A stretch of 64,000 nucleotides of DNA from Macrostomum lignano (taxonomy: Eukaryota): positions 1-64,000 of the forward strand of contig NIVC01000365.1 in NCBI GenBank assembly GCA_002269645.1, given 5' to 3'. Made by a program: the position numbers and the translations under genes. The notes beneath the pieces were generated by a model. The model was not told where the DNA came from and searched no databases. It worked only from the letters and a program-made list of their open reading frames with translations. Numbering within the stretch: position 1 is the stretch's first letter; each line of letters begins with the position of its first letter. This document shows, piece after piece, positions 17,801 through 31,075 of the stretch.

Positions 17801-20800
17801 AATCGGTAGATTGTGGAGGGAATCGGTAGATTGTGGAGTGAATCGGTAGATTGTGGAGTGAATCGGTAGATGTTGGAGTGAATTGGTAGATTGCGGAGTG
17901 AATCGGTAGATTGTGGAGTGAATCGGTAGATGTTGGAGTGAATCGGTAGATGTTGGAGTGAATCGGTAGATGTTGGGGTGAATCGGTAGATTGCGGAGTG
18001 AATCGGTAGATGTTGGAGTGAATCGGTAGATGTTGGAGTGAATCGGTAGATTGTGGAGGGAATCGGTAGATTGTGGAGTGAATCGGTAGATTGTGGAGGG
18101 AATCGGTAGATTGTGGAGTGAATCGGTAGATGTTGGAGTGAATCGGTAGATTGCGGAGTGAATCGGTAGATTGTGGAGTGAATCGGTAGATGTTGGAGTG
18201 AATCGGTAGATGTTGGAGTGAATCGGTAGATTGCGGAGTAAATCGGTAGATTGCGAAGTGAATCGGTAGATTGTTGAGTTAATCAGTAGATTGCGGGAGT
18301 GAATCGGTAGATTGTTGAGTGAATCAGTAGATTGCGGAGTGAATCGGTAGATTGCGAAGTGAATCGGTAGATGTTGGAGTGAATCGGTAGATGTTGGAGT
18401 GAATCGGTAGATGTTGGAGTGAATCGGTAGATGTTGGAGTGAATCGGTAGATTGCGGAGTGAATCGGTAGATTGCGGAGTGAATCGGTAGATTGTTGAGT
18501 GAATCGGTAGATGTTGGAGTGAATCGGTAGATTGCGGAGTGAATCGGTAGATTGTAGAGTGAATCGGTAGATGTTGGAGTGAATCGGTAGATGTTGGAGT
18601 GAATCGGTAGATGTTGGAGTGAATCGGTAGATGTTGGAGTGAATCGGTAGATTGCGGAGTGAATCGGTAGATGTTGGAGTGAATCGGTAGATTGTGGAGG
18701 GAATCGGTAGATTGTGGAGTGAATCGGTAGATTGTGGAGGGAATCGGTAGATTGTGGAGTGAATCGGTAGATTGTGGAGTGAATCGGTAGATTGTGGAGT
18801 GAATCGGTAGATGTTGGAGTGAATCGGTAGATTGCGGAGTGAATCGGTAGATGTTGGAGTGAATCGGTAGATGTTGGAGTGAATCGGTAGATGTTGGAGT
18901 GAATCGGTAGATTGCGGAGTGAATCGGTAGATGTTGGAGTGAATCGGTAGATTGTGGAGGGAATCGGTAGATTGTGGAGTGAATCGGTAGATTGTGGAGT
19001 GAATCGGTAGATGTTGGAGTGAATTGGTAGATTGCGGAGTGAATCGGTAGATTGTGGAGTGAATCGGTAGATGTTGGAGTGAATCGGTAGATGTTGGAGT
19101 GAATCGGTAGATGTTGGGGTGAATCGGTAGATTGCGGAGTGAATCGGTAGATGTTGGAGTGAATCGGTAGATGTTGGAGTGAATCGGTAGATTGTGGAGG
19201 GAATCGGTAGATTGTGGAGTGAATCGGTAGATTGTGGAGGGAATCGGTAGATTGTGGAGTGAATCGGTAGATGTTGGAGTGAATCGGTAGATTGCGGAGT
19301 GAATCGGTAGATTGTGGAGTGAATCGGTAGATGTTGGAGTGAATCGGTAGATGTTGGAGTGAATCGGTAGATTGCGGAGTAAATCGGTAGATTGCGAAGT
19401 GAATCGGTAGATTGTTGAGTTAATCAGTAGATTGCGGGAGTGAATCGGTAGATTGTTGAGTGAATCAGTAGATTGCGGAGTGAATCGGTAGATTGCGAAG
19501 TGAATCGGTAGATTGCGGAGTGAATCGGTAGATGTTGGAGTGAATCGGTAGATGTTGGAGTGAATCGGTAGATGTTGGAGTGAATCGGTAGATTGCGGAG
19601 TGAATCGGTAGATTGCGGAGTGAATCGGTAGATTGTTGAGTGAATCGGTAGATGTTGGAGTGAATCGGTAGATTGCGGAGTGAATCGGTAGATTGTAGAG
19701 TGAATCGGTAGATGTTGGAGTGAATCGGTAGATGTTGGAGTGAATCGGTAGATGTTGGAGTGAATCGGTAGATGTTGGAGTGAATCGGTAGATTGCGGAG
19801 TGAATCGGTAGATGTTGGAGTGAATCGGTAGATTGTGGAGGGAATCGGTAGATTGTGGAGTGAATCGGTAGATTGTGGAGTGAATCGGTAGATGTTGGAG
19901 TGAATCGGTAGATTGCGGAGTGAATCGGTAGATTGTGGAGGGAATCGGTAGATGTTGGAGTGAATCGGTAGATGTTGGAGTGAATCGGTAGATGTTGGAG
20001 TGAATCGGTAGATGTTGGGGTGAATCGGTAGATTGCGGAGTGAATCGGTAGATGTTGGAGTGAATCGGTAGATGTTGGAGTGAATCGGTAGATTGTGGAG
20101 GGAATCGGTAGATTGTGGAGTGAATCGGTAGATTGTGGAGGGAATCGGTAGATTGTGGAGTTAATCGGTAGATGTTGGAGTGAATCGGTAGATTGCGGAG
20201 TGAATCGGTAGATTGTGGAGTGAATCGGTAGATGTTGGAGTGAATCGGTAGATTGTTGAGTGAATCGGTAGATTGCGAAGTGAATCGGTAGATTGTTGAG
20301 TTAATCAGTAGATTGCGGGAGTGAATCGGTAGATTGTTGAGTGAATCAGTAGATTGCGGAGTGAATCGGTAGATTGCGAAGTGAATCGGTAGATTGCGAA
20401 GTGAATCGGTAGATTGCGGAGTGAATCGGTAGATGTTGGAGTGAATCGGTAGATGTTGGAGTGAATCGGTAGATGTTGGAGTGAATCGGTAGATTGCGGA
20501 GTGAATCGGTAGATTGCGAAGTGAATCGGTAGATTGTTGAGTGAATCAGTAGATTGTTGAGTGAATCGGTAGATTGCGGAGTGAATCGGTAGATTGCGGA
20601 GTGAATCGGTAGATTGTTGAGTGAATCGGTAGATTGCGGAGTGAATCGGTAGATTGTGGAGTGAATCGGTAGATTGTGGAGTGAATCGGTAGATTGCGGA
20701 GTGAATCGGTAGATTGTGGAGTGAATCAGTAGATTGTGAAGTGAATCGGTAGATTGTGGAGTGAATCGGTAGATTGGGGAGTGAATCGGTAGATTGTGGA

Positions 20801-21019
20801 GTGAATCGGTAGATTGTGGAGTGAATCGGTAGATTGTGGAGTGAATCGGTAGATTGTGGAGTGAATCGGTAGATTGTAGAGTGAATCGGTAGATTGTGGA
20901 GTGAATCGGTAGATTGGGGAGTGAATCGGTAGATTGGGGAGTGAATCGGTAGATTGCGGAGTGAATCGGTAGATTGCGGAGTGAATCGGTAGATTGTTTA
21001 GTGAATCGGTAGATTGTGG
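14884..21019. repeat. 6.1-kb array of a 20-bp unit (~305 copies) with higher-order structure
   Basis: GTGAATCGGTAGAT(TGC/GTT/TGT)GGA; ends 13 bp upstream of the TRAPPC5 ATG. Confidence 0.98.
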
Positions 21020-21584
21020 AAAACATCGGATGATTAAATCCTAAACACATAAACAAATGATTTTTATTTTTAGTACGAGTAAAGAAATGAAAATCAAGGA
21101 CAGCGAGATACTTCAATAGCCTTGTGGACACCAGTTTAATTAGCTGTGCTCAGAGACAACAGACAGAGCAACACCAGCAACGAAGCGCAGCAGAATTTGC
21201 AGTTGTTAAACAGAGAACAAGTAATATGAGTAGAACAAGTAGTATAACAAAAAAATGGAAATTGCAATATTCAAGAGTGAAATTTCGATAAAAAATTAAC
21301 GAACACGCGACATGAACGCAAATGTGGAAAACTTTAACTACTTTAGCGTTAGATATGATCTGTACATGCTAACAAATTTTCTCAATACTCAACATCAAAA
21401 TCGTACACATTTTGATTGCGAGCGAAATTTTATATAATAGTTGGAGAAACGACAAGCGACAACACAGTTAAATTAAATAATATAAACAATGCCTAGAGCA
21501 ACTTTGAAATGCTACTTTAAGTAAGCTGGAAGCTTTTTACTAGCTTTCACTGGTATGCAAATCTCATGGTGATATGAGTACCTG

Positions 21585-21960
21585 TGTGATTTGAGGACTC
21601 CTCAGTGTGATTTAAGGACCTCTTTGTGTGATTTAAGAACCACTCCCAGTATGATTTGAGGACCTCTCTCAGTGTGATTTGAGGACCACTCCCAGTGTGA
21701 TTTGAGGACCACTCCCAGTGTGATTTGAGGACCACTCCCAGTGTGATTTGAGGACCTCTCTCAGTGTGATTTGAGGACCTCTCTCAGTGTGATTTGAGGA
21801 CCTCTATCATTGTGGCTTGAGGACCACTCTCAGTATGCTTTGAGGACCACTTTTAGTGTGAATTGAGCACCACTCTGTGATTTGTGCACCTCTGTATGAT
21901 TTAAGGACCTCTCTGTGATTTGAGGACCTTTCTCATATATTGATTTTAGGACCACTCTGT
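21585..21960. repeat. ~23-bp minisatellite downstream of the MED14 stop
   Basis: GTGTGATTTGAGGACC(ACTCCCA/TCTCTCA) units. Confidence 0.85.
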
Positions 21961-22080
21961 GAATGTCAAAATGATTTAAATAGGATTTGGGATGTGTAAG
22001 AGTAAGATTCCTAAAGCAGTGCAAGGGCAAACACATAGAAAACTCGGCAGCAAACTATACTTGGCAATGTACAAACTGCA

Positions 22081-25000
22081 TCACTGGATCCAGCGCCCAG
22101 ACGCGATGGCCCGGAACAGATGCGGCAGCGAGCACTCGCGGCCCTCGCCGCTGCAGGCAGTCTGCACCGGCTTGATCGCCTCCGCGTCCAGCCGCATCAG
22201 CGCAGCCGCAATCAGGCCGCCGCCGCCGCTAGCAGCGAACGGATTAAACAATTTGGCGTCGTTCTTCAATTCGTCGTAGAGAATCATGATTGACAGGCAG
22301 CGGCGGGACTCCGAGTCCGTTAGCAACAGGCTGAAGTACAGCTCGGGCCGCTGGTCGTGCAGCAGGTAGATGCCAACTGCGGGCATGCCCAGCCGGTAGA
22401 ACTGCGTGCTCGGGTAGTCCTTGACTGTCAGCAGCTGCAGCTGGGTGAGCAGCGGCTTGTTAGGCGGCGGCAGCAGCCGAGGATCCTCCAGGCAGAGACA
22501 GGCCCTGAGAGCTCCCGGGCTGCACAGCAGGGCCTGCAGGGAGGCCACAGCCTGCCAGCGGTAGGGCGGGTGGAACAGCAGGCGCTGGACGAAGGTGGCC
22601 AGGGCGGGCTCCCCGGCGTCCACGTGGCAGAGGACGCCTTCGAGGCAGAGGCGGACATTCAGACAGCCCAGCCGTTCGGTGCGCAGAGTCAGAAGGCAGC
22701 CATCGTCCAGGAGTTCGTGCCGCTGCTGCTGCTGGCGCTCGCAGGACTGCGAATTAGCAAAATTATCATTATTATTTTTTAACATTATGCCTCATTAATA
22801 CATTTATGAGCCTCATTATGTTAGATGAGGATCTCTGAAGGAGCTTCTAAACAAAAGGATGTGGCTCACAAGGAGAGAATGCAGCTTTTAACAGGCTTTA
22901 TGGGGCTCCCATGGGAGTAGGATGGGGCTCTCAACGAGAGTTTGATGAGGCTCTCGAAAGGAGTAGGATGGGGTTATCAACGAGATTGCTGAGACTCTTG
23001 AAGGGAGTAGGATGGGGCTCTCAACAAGAGTTTAATGAGGCTCTTAACGGGAGTAGGATAGGGCTCTCAACGGGAGTAGGATAGGGCTCTCAACGGGAGT
23101 AGGATAGGGCTCTCAACGGGAGTAGGATAGGGCTCTCAACGAGAGTTTGATGATGAGACTCTAAAGGGAGTAGGTTGGGCTCTCGACGAAAGTTGGATGT
23201 GGCTCCTAACGAGATGTGTGTCTTAAAGGATGCGGATCTTAGTGAAAGGATGGGGCTTCAACGAGAGGCTGAGGCTCGAGTCAATAGGATGGGGCTCCCA
23301 AAGAGCTTCCTTAGCTCGTATCAATATTGCTCCGAGGGCCCCGCACAATTGTATCCTGGAGTTCTCACCTGACACAGAGCCAAGAATTGGCAAGCGCAGG
23401 CCAGCCAATGGTACGGCCTGAGATCGGCCCAATCAGCGGCCGGCAGGGCCACGGACTGGTCGCTGTCAATCCGGGCGGCCGGGTGCAGGCGGATGAGCTG
23501 CAGCGGGGTCAGCTGAGGCGACGCCAGACGGACGCAGTTGTCAGCGTCCAGACGGACAGAGAGGGTGACTCTGCCGCGGTGCTCAAGCTGCAGTCGGTAG
23601 GGATGTGCCAGTAGGACAGTCTGGCGGCAGCAGGTGAGCTGCGGGCTGATGTGCCAGCCGCCAGCCAGGCAGGCCAGAGGCGCCAGGGCCCGATAGGAGG
23701 AGGCGAGCTGGCGCAGCAGGTGCAGCACGCTGTGATGCCTGAGAAAGTCCTTGGACAGCTGCTCTCGGACTGGAAAATGCGGATTAGGGGCGGACGGCCG
23801 GCGGCTGACGAAGTTAATGTAGATGTCCGGCTTCTGGCCGGCGGCGGCCTTCTGGATCATGTGCATCTCCCACACTGGGACGCCTTCCTCGTCGCGAACG
23901 GGGCCGTAGGCGATCCGCAGGCCGGGGAAGCCGAAGGAGACCAGGCAGGTGTCCGGCGGCCAGTTGGAGCGCCGGGTCAGCGGCAGGCACATCTGGGTGG
24001 CGTCGGGACAGGAGGGCACGGCTTTAACAATGAGACAGAAGGAGTCAAAGCAGAGGGCATATTCAGGGGAAGATGCAGGGAGGGTGGATATGCAGGGTTG
24101 GATATGCAGGGAGGGTGAAGATGCAGAGAGGGTGGAAATGCAGGGGGTGGAGATGCAGGGGGTGGAGATGCAGGGAAGGTGGAGATGCAAGGAGGGTGGA
24201 GATGCAGAGAGGGTGGAGATGCAGAGAGGGTGGAGATGCAGAGAGGGTGGAGATGCAGAGAGGGTGGAGATGCTGAGAGGGTGGAGATGCAGAGAGGGTG
24301 GAAATGCAGGGAGGGTGGAGATGCTGAGAGGGTGGAGATGCAGGGAGGGTGGAGATGCAGGGAGGGTGGAGATGCAGGGAGGGTGGAGATGCAGAGAGGG
24401 TGGAGATGCAGAGAGGGTGGAGATGCAGGGAAGGTGGAGATGCAGGGAGGGTGGAGATGCAGAGAGGGTGGAGATGCAGGGAGGGTGGAGATGCAGGGAG
24501 GGTGGAGATGCAGGGAGGGTGGAGATGCAGGGAGGGTGGAGATGCAGGGAGGGTGGAGATGCTGAGAGGGTGGAGATGCTGAGAGGGTGGAGATGCTGAG
24601 AGGGTGGAGATGCTGAGAGGGTGGAGATGTAGGGAGGGTGGAGATTTAAGGAGAGTAGAAAGATTAAAGACACGAATATCCTCACCTGCACCAGGTGGCA
24701 AAGCTGTTGCCACTCAGACTGCACGCTGCCGACGGCCTCGGCGCAGCGGCTGGACGGGCCCAGCTCGTTGACGCCCAGGTGGACGCAGGGCGGGCAGGTC
24801 CGGACGCGGCGCTCCGGCGGGTCAAGCGGGCAGCCGCTGAGGCGCCACTCGCGCACCAGAGCCACCAGGGAGGCGCGGGGCGGCGGCACGCGGAAGTTGA
24901 CAGGCGGCTGGTACTGGCCAGACCGGTACAGCCGCAGTGTCAGCGACTGCACCAGGGAGCTGGCGTGGGCGGCGGCCTCCGCGCTGATGCCCGGCGGCGT

Positions 25001-28000
25001 AGGCAGACTGCGGGCGGAGTTTCGCGGCAATTTTACTAGTAGATAGACATTGAAGGGAGGTTCCTAATTTCCTCTCTGGCTTCCCTAATTCCCTCTCTGG
25101 CTTCCCTAATTCCCTCTCTGGCTTCCCTAATTTCCTCTCTGGCTACCCTAATTCCCTCTCTGGCTTCCCTAATTTCCTCTCTGGCTACCGTAATTCCCTC
25201 TCTGGCTTCCTTAGTTACCTCTGGCTTCCTTAGTTACCTCTGGCTTCCTTAGTTACCTCTGGCTTCCTTAACTCCCTCTCTGGCTTCCCTAATTTCCTCC
25301 CTGGCTACCCTAATTGCCTCTCTGGCTTCCCTAATTCCCTCTCTGGCTTCCTTAGTTACCTCTGGCTTCCTTAGTTACCTCTGGCTTCCTTAACTCCCTC
25401 TCTGGCTTCCCTAATTTCCTCTCTGGCTTCCCTAATTTCCTCTCTGGCTACCCTAATTCCCTCACTAGCTTCCCTAATTCCCTCTCTGGCTTCCCTAATT
25501 CCCTCTCTGGCTTCCCTAATTCCCCTCAGCCTTCCCTAATTCCCTCCCTGGCTTCCCTAATTCCCTCCCTGGCTTCCCTAATTTCCTCTCTGGCTACCCT
25601 AATTCCCTCTCTGGCTTCCCTAATTCCCTCTGGCTTCCTTAATTCCCTCTGGCTTCCTTAATTCTCTCTCTGGCTTCTCTAATTCCTTCTCCGGCTTCCT
25701 TAACCGTTCTGCATATTTAACACTCTCTCAGGCTCTCGAAACCCGTCTCAGGCCTTGATAACAATATTATGATGATCCAACAGCAGGCGCCCCACCTGTG
25801 CAACGTGAGCGCGCTCATCCCAGCCGAGTCCGGCGCGAACTCCCTGTGAGGCAGGCCGGATCTGGCCAGCTCGCACATCACTTGGTGCAGCAGGTGGTCC
25901 TCTTCGATCAAATCCACATAGTCCGTAAGCCAGGCGGCCCGCAGCAGGCTGAACTGGTCCGGCCGCGGCGCGCTGAGCAGCTTTGTCCGTCGGCGGCGGG
26001 CCAGGACGGCCAGCGGATCCGAGGCGGACGGATCTGTCCGGCTAGGCAGCGACAAGTCTGGCGGCCGCATCGGACAGATCTTGGCCGGCCGGATATAGTA
26101 GCCAGCGTGGGCGGAGCCGGTCACGTAGAAGCAGGCAAAGCTGGGATTGAGGCCGCCAGTGGGCACCAGGGCCAGGTAGTTGTTCTGGTAGCGGTGCAGC
26201 TGCACAAAGCAGGCGTGCTGTGCCGGCCCGATTACGCTGGCCAGGGCGGACGGCAGCGGCTTGGCGGTCGGTAGGCTGGAGGCGACCCGGCGATCGGGGA
26301 ACAGGGCGCGGACGCGGCGGCAGAGAAGCCAAGCACGGAGGCCGGCCAAAGCCAGGGCGACACGGCGAAGAGACGGCTGATCTTCGTTGAGGCGGTCCTC
26401 CAGCTCGGCCACGTGCGGACATGGCCGGCCACCGGACGCGGGCAGCCGGACAGAGTAGAGGCCGCGATAGGCGTTGACGCCGATTGACAGGCGCTCGTGA
26501 GTGGCGGCCGGCTGCAGCAGGCTGAGGGTGAGCGACTCGGCCGATCTCGCGGGCGGCTCGGCCACCAGCAGGGCCAGCAGTTTGTAGGCGCGGTACAGCA
26601 GGTCGCGGCACCGGCACTGGATGGTCCGGTCTAGGAGGCGCTCCAGCGACAGCTCGTCCGACCGGATGCAGCGGCCGATGGAGGTGGCGTCGCTGTATTG
26701 GTTGTGGGTGGGGAGAGCATTGGCTTCAGCAGTGAGTGACTGCCTGTCTTTTGATTGTCACACTGACAGGTCAGAATTGTCACACTGACAGGTCAGAATT
26801 GTCACACTGACAGGTCAGAATTGTCTGACAGGTCAGTGTTGACACACTGACAGGTCAGAATTGTCACACTGACAGGTCAGAATTGTCACACTGACAGGTC
26901 AGAATTGTCACACTGACAGGTTAGTGTTGACACACTGACAGGTCAGAATTGTCACACTGACAGGTCAGAATGGTCACACTGACAGGTCAGAATTGTCACA
27001 CTGACAGGTCAGAATGGTCACACTGACAGGTCAGAATTGTCACACTGACAGGTCAGAATTGTCACACTGACAGGTCAGAATGGTCACACTGACAGGTCAG
27101 AATTGTCACACTGACAGGTCAGTGTTGACACACTGTAGTCAGTTGTGAAGATGGGTGTCCAGACAGCCCATTCTCACCTGTCCGGCAGGTCGGGGAAGTG
27201 GGTGACGCAGATGGGCCGCCTGGCATCAAGGGGATCGGTGTGCAGGCGGAGGCCGTGCCCGCGCACCCGGTAGCCGGCGGTCGCGGGCCGGCGCAGGTCG
27301 CGCCAGTAGACCAACTGCAGCGAACTGCCGGCCGTATACTTTTCAACCGCTAGCAGGTCGCCGAATCGCAGGCGAATCAATCGGCAGGCCTGCTCGTACA
27401 GCAGGTCGAGCTGCAGGAACGTGCAGAACGAATGCAGCATGTCGTACAGGTGCACAAGAGGCGGCCTGGGGTCGAAGTCCTTGCTGATGATGCGGTCCTG
27501 GCAGCGCTGATGAAGCCACTGCATCTGCAGAGGATGCACCAGCGGCTTGCCTCGGCCAGTGTGCAGGTCGCGCAGCAGGCACTTGATGTTGAGAATGCGC
27601 CACGGGTTGCTAAGCGAGTCGGACATCAGCGTCAGCGAGACGGAGAACTCGTGCGGCACAGTCAGCACTGCCCGGCCGTTGTACACCTGCGGGACAGGTG
27701 AAAATGACATGTTAAACTAAAAAAGTTTACTTGAACCATTCGAAGGTCATTGGAAGGTCACTGCAGTACCTTAATCTGCCGCATAGCCGTGGGAATCTCG
27801 GTAATAGTTAACCGATACAAGATGAGGCAATCCAGCTGCTCCAGGCACTCGCGCTGCTCCCAGGGTTTGATTGGCGCCGGCGGGATGCCAGCCAGGCGTT
27901 TAACGCAGGCCGGCAGCCTGGTGTAGGTGTGCTGGGTGAACACGTCCACGGCCATGATGGTGGCGAAGGGCGGCAGGCGGGCGCTGGTCAGGGCGCCCTT

Positions 28001-28447
28001 GGCCAGCTCCATGAGCCAGTTGGCAGTGCCGAACATCAGGCCGCTCTGCTCCTCCAAGTAGGCGATGATCTGGTCGCACTGGTCCACCCTGCCGGCCCCG
28101 CTGGCCCACTTCACCAGGGCCAACAGGCGGATGAGGGTGTAGCGCACCCGGCTCAGGTACTTCACCAATTCAATCTTTCTCTCCATGTCATTCTTGCTGT
28201 GCAGCAGTTCGCTCAACAGGTTCAGATCGGTGTAGGCTTTCTGGCAGGTGAACTCGATGACCCGGGCCAGCGGTATCATGTCCTGCCGGACTGGAGGCTG
28301 CAGCATCATCATCTGCTGCTGCTGCTGTTGTTGTTGTTGCTGCTGCTGCTGCTGAAGCTGCAACTGCTGCTGGGGCGACATAGACATTGTCATAGCATGT
28401 GGACCCGGCGGCGGGCCCTGGTGCATTTGCGGATGATGCGGATACAT
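22081..28447 (-). CDS. MED14: Mediator subunit 14, 6 exons, ~1230 aa
   Basis: Exons 28447-27770, 27686-27178, 26692-25796, 25007-24686, 23992-23369, 22746-22081 with consistent phases (0,2,2,0,0). N-terminal Med14 domain (KAYTDLNLLSELL...RKIELVKY...R..LIRLLALVKWA; LPPFATIMAVDV...TYTRLP), LHSFC..LQLDLL, C-terminal ILYD...ECSL resembling the MED14 C-terminus; polyQ at N-terminus. Exon 5 acceptor is the least certain. Confidence 0.9.
22890..23180. repeat. 23-bp degenerate minisatellite, MED14 intron 5
   Basis: CGGGAGTAGGATAGGGCTCTCAA near-exact at 23048-23130, decaying on both sides. Confidence 0.8.
24065..24645. repeat. 17-bp minisatellite, MED14 intron 4
   Basis: GAGGGTGGAGATGCAG(G/A) units. 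Confidence 0.9.
25060..25700. repeat. 21-bp minisatellite, MED14 intron 3
   Basis: CCCTAATTCCCTCTCTGGCTT units. Confidence 0.9.
26755..27132. repeat. 22-bp minisatellite, MED14 intron 2
   Basis: GTCACACTGACAGGTCAGAATT units. Confidence 0.95.
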
Positions 28448-30319
28448 GTTGGCCCGCTGCAGAAATTAGTGCACAAATTGGTCAATCAGACTGAAAGCAA
28501 CTAGCAGTAAAATAGATGCACCGATTATGTACAATAATTTATGGAAGCAATACATTGTGATTTTTGTAACACCTATATTTTTCTAAGCCAGATGCCACTA
28601 AAAAAAGAGCCAAATATTCTGTAATCCATATTTATCAATAATTTTACAATTATAGCGCTTCTTGGGTTTTTCAAGACTTCAAAGTCTTATTCAATTGTCA
28701 AATTCAAGCAATGTATGAACACAGAGCCTGCATAGAAGCAACGCAAAGTCAGCCATTAATGAGCGCATTGCATGGCCCCTCCCCTCATATAAAGATAAAA
28801 GTATTTGCTTGTTATTGATTTTACTCTATCAAGTCTTCACTCAGGTCTATGAAGTGTTTATATGCCCTCTAGACCTGTGTTCACCTCTTTGCTGTTGTCA
28901 AGTGGCTATCTGCTTGCAGCCTCATCATCTGCTACTCCCCTTTGTTGTAGGGCTAGATAAGTATTAGTAAAACTCCTAGCCCACCCACTTCTACTCTGGA
29001 ATGTTTCCATACCCAAGGGTTGCTATTCTTAGCCCTCCCTCATATTAATAAAAAGCCTTATTAAATTAAATGATTTATCTAGTCATTCTAATATGATAAC
29101 TCTGTGTATATAACCATAATTTGTTTTTTTAGAAAATAGAAATTAGCTAGACTTTAGGTTTTTGAACATTGTCATCAACAGAGCTCTGCTGACTATGCTA
29201 TTTTTATAGTCTAAAAATAATAGAATAAAAAATCTAACCATAGACAAAAATATTGGATACAGAAGCTAAGGCTAGAAGGGGCCAGCAAGGGTTATTAAGA
29301 AAGTGTCTAGTGTAAACTATCAGATAAAGCATGTTGACAAAAGGAACAAAATGATAAGTAAAATTGTGCACACCAACAACTTATAGAAAGTGCCCAAGTG
29401 GCCAGAGTATTGTAGTGCTAGGGGCATACCTACTTGTGCAAATAGAGTTAAGTCAAGAGCCACCTAAGCTAGAAGCTGAGTCAGAGATTAAGGAAGAGAA
29501 GTTTTTCTAATGTTACAGTTGTGCTTTATTCTTAACATGAGATAGTGTGGCTGGTAGCACCAGTTGTGTCAATAGCTTAAGTAACACTAGCCATCTCCAT
29601 ATAGGCTACATAAGTGTCAGGGTGTGCCCTTAGCATATTATAGAAATCCTATGCTATATTGTTGATTTGTATACAAGGGGTTTGCAAGGTAGATATGATG
29701 CCCAGATGCATTTCTTATACCAACTTGCATTTATATCATGCTTCATATAACTGTACATTCATATATTTAATATATAATAGCAGCAGGTTCTTTGCTAGCT
29801 TAGCTTAAAAGTTTGAGAGAGCACCATACACTGTTTTTTGTGAGCTTCTTAGATGTGGCTGCTTGTGTCATTGACCTTCTTTGTATTATCTGTGTCCACA
29901 CTACTATGTATGGTAAAAAGCCAAAGGTCACAATTCTTAATAAACAATAAAAATATATATGTACTTTTTGCCTATTTTGATCATTTTTGATCATTTGTTT
30001 GATAAGCATTTGAGTGCATTGTGTTGGCTATGTGGTGTTTTGAGTTGTGTGAGCCAAACTATAGACAATAAAACCCTATTTATATTTCTTTTATAATTTT
30101 TAAAAACTATATCTACAATCTATTTAGTAATTTATATTTACTTGCTTGCAAGCTAAATAAACTTTATTTTACTATGTTTTAAAAGCACTCATTTTGTCTG
30201 CCAATAGGCAAACTGACCATGCATTGCATAGATGAACAAATGACAAAAGGTGTCCAACTGTCTGTTGCAAATTTGGGAATTTACTAGTTTCACATTGTGG
30301 CTAGAGTCAAGGCTAGGTT

Positions 30320-31075
30320 CAACTTGAAAATTGCGACTTCCAAGCAATGATTTTTTACAACTTTATGCGCAGTTTAATGAGGCAGCAGTGCTATGAGCAG
30401 CTTGCAACCACTTTCGGGTATCAGGCTCTATCCCTGACCACAGTCAAGAACTGGTATTGGGAGTTTACCAGTGGCCAGATGAGCCTGTCCAACGAGGAGT
30501 GAAGCAGCCAATCAGTCACTGCTGTGATGCCAGAGAACGTAGAGCAGATGGAGTAGCTATTGCTGGCAGATTGCCAAATAACCACAGCACAGCTTCAGGA
30601 GGCTCTGGACATTGGGGCTGGCCAGGTGCAAAGCATCCTACACTAACAATTGCATGTCTGGAAGCTCTGTGCCCAATGGGTGCCTCATTCACTCACAAAG
30701 CCGCAGAAGGCAGCTTGCATACAGTGGTGCCATCAGATGCTCACTGACTTGATGGAGACACTAGTCGTGACATTCTGGACATTGTCACAGGCAATGAGAC
30801 ATGAATCTAATAGTTTGATCCAGAAACAAAGTGCCAGTTAGCCATCTGGTGCTTCGAGGGCGAGTCATCACCTTCAAAGTCACAGAGGTCACGGAGGGCT
30901 AGCAAGAAGATGGTGGCAACTTTTTTCTCAAAAACTGGTCACATCACCACAGTGGCGCTGGAAGATCAACGGACATTTACAGTGCAGTGGTACATCAGTG
31001 TCTGTCTACCACAGGTGCTGCAGCAGTGGCAACAAAAGTATCAAGGACAGCCACTGTGGCATTGCAAAGGATGGA
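30320..31075 (+). pseudogene. Degenerate, 3'-truncated mariner transposase
   Basis: Translates with stops and frameshifts to FQAMIFYNF..., LCAQWVPHSLT, IVTGNET, KKMVATFF; matches mariner HTH, WVPHxL and first catalytic D (GDET) motifs. Confidence 0.85.

Noticed and set aside
14884-21019. CRISPR-like appearance of this and other arrays
   Set aside because: Head-to-tail units with no unique spacers, no cas genes, eukaryotic spliced context.
22357-28504. Plus-strand ORFs antisense to MED14 exons (also opposite CAPN7, TRAPPC5, RPN1)
   Set aside because: Shadow ORFs expected from high GC3; no recognisable motifs.
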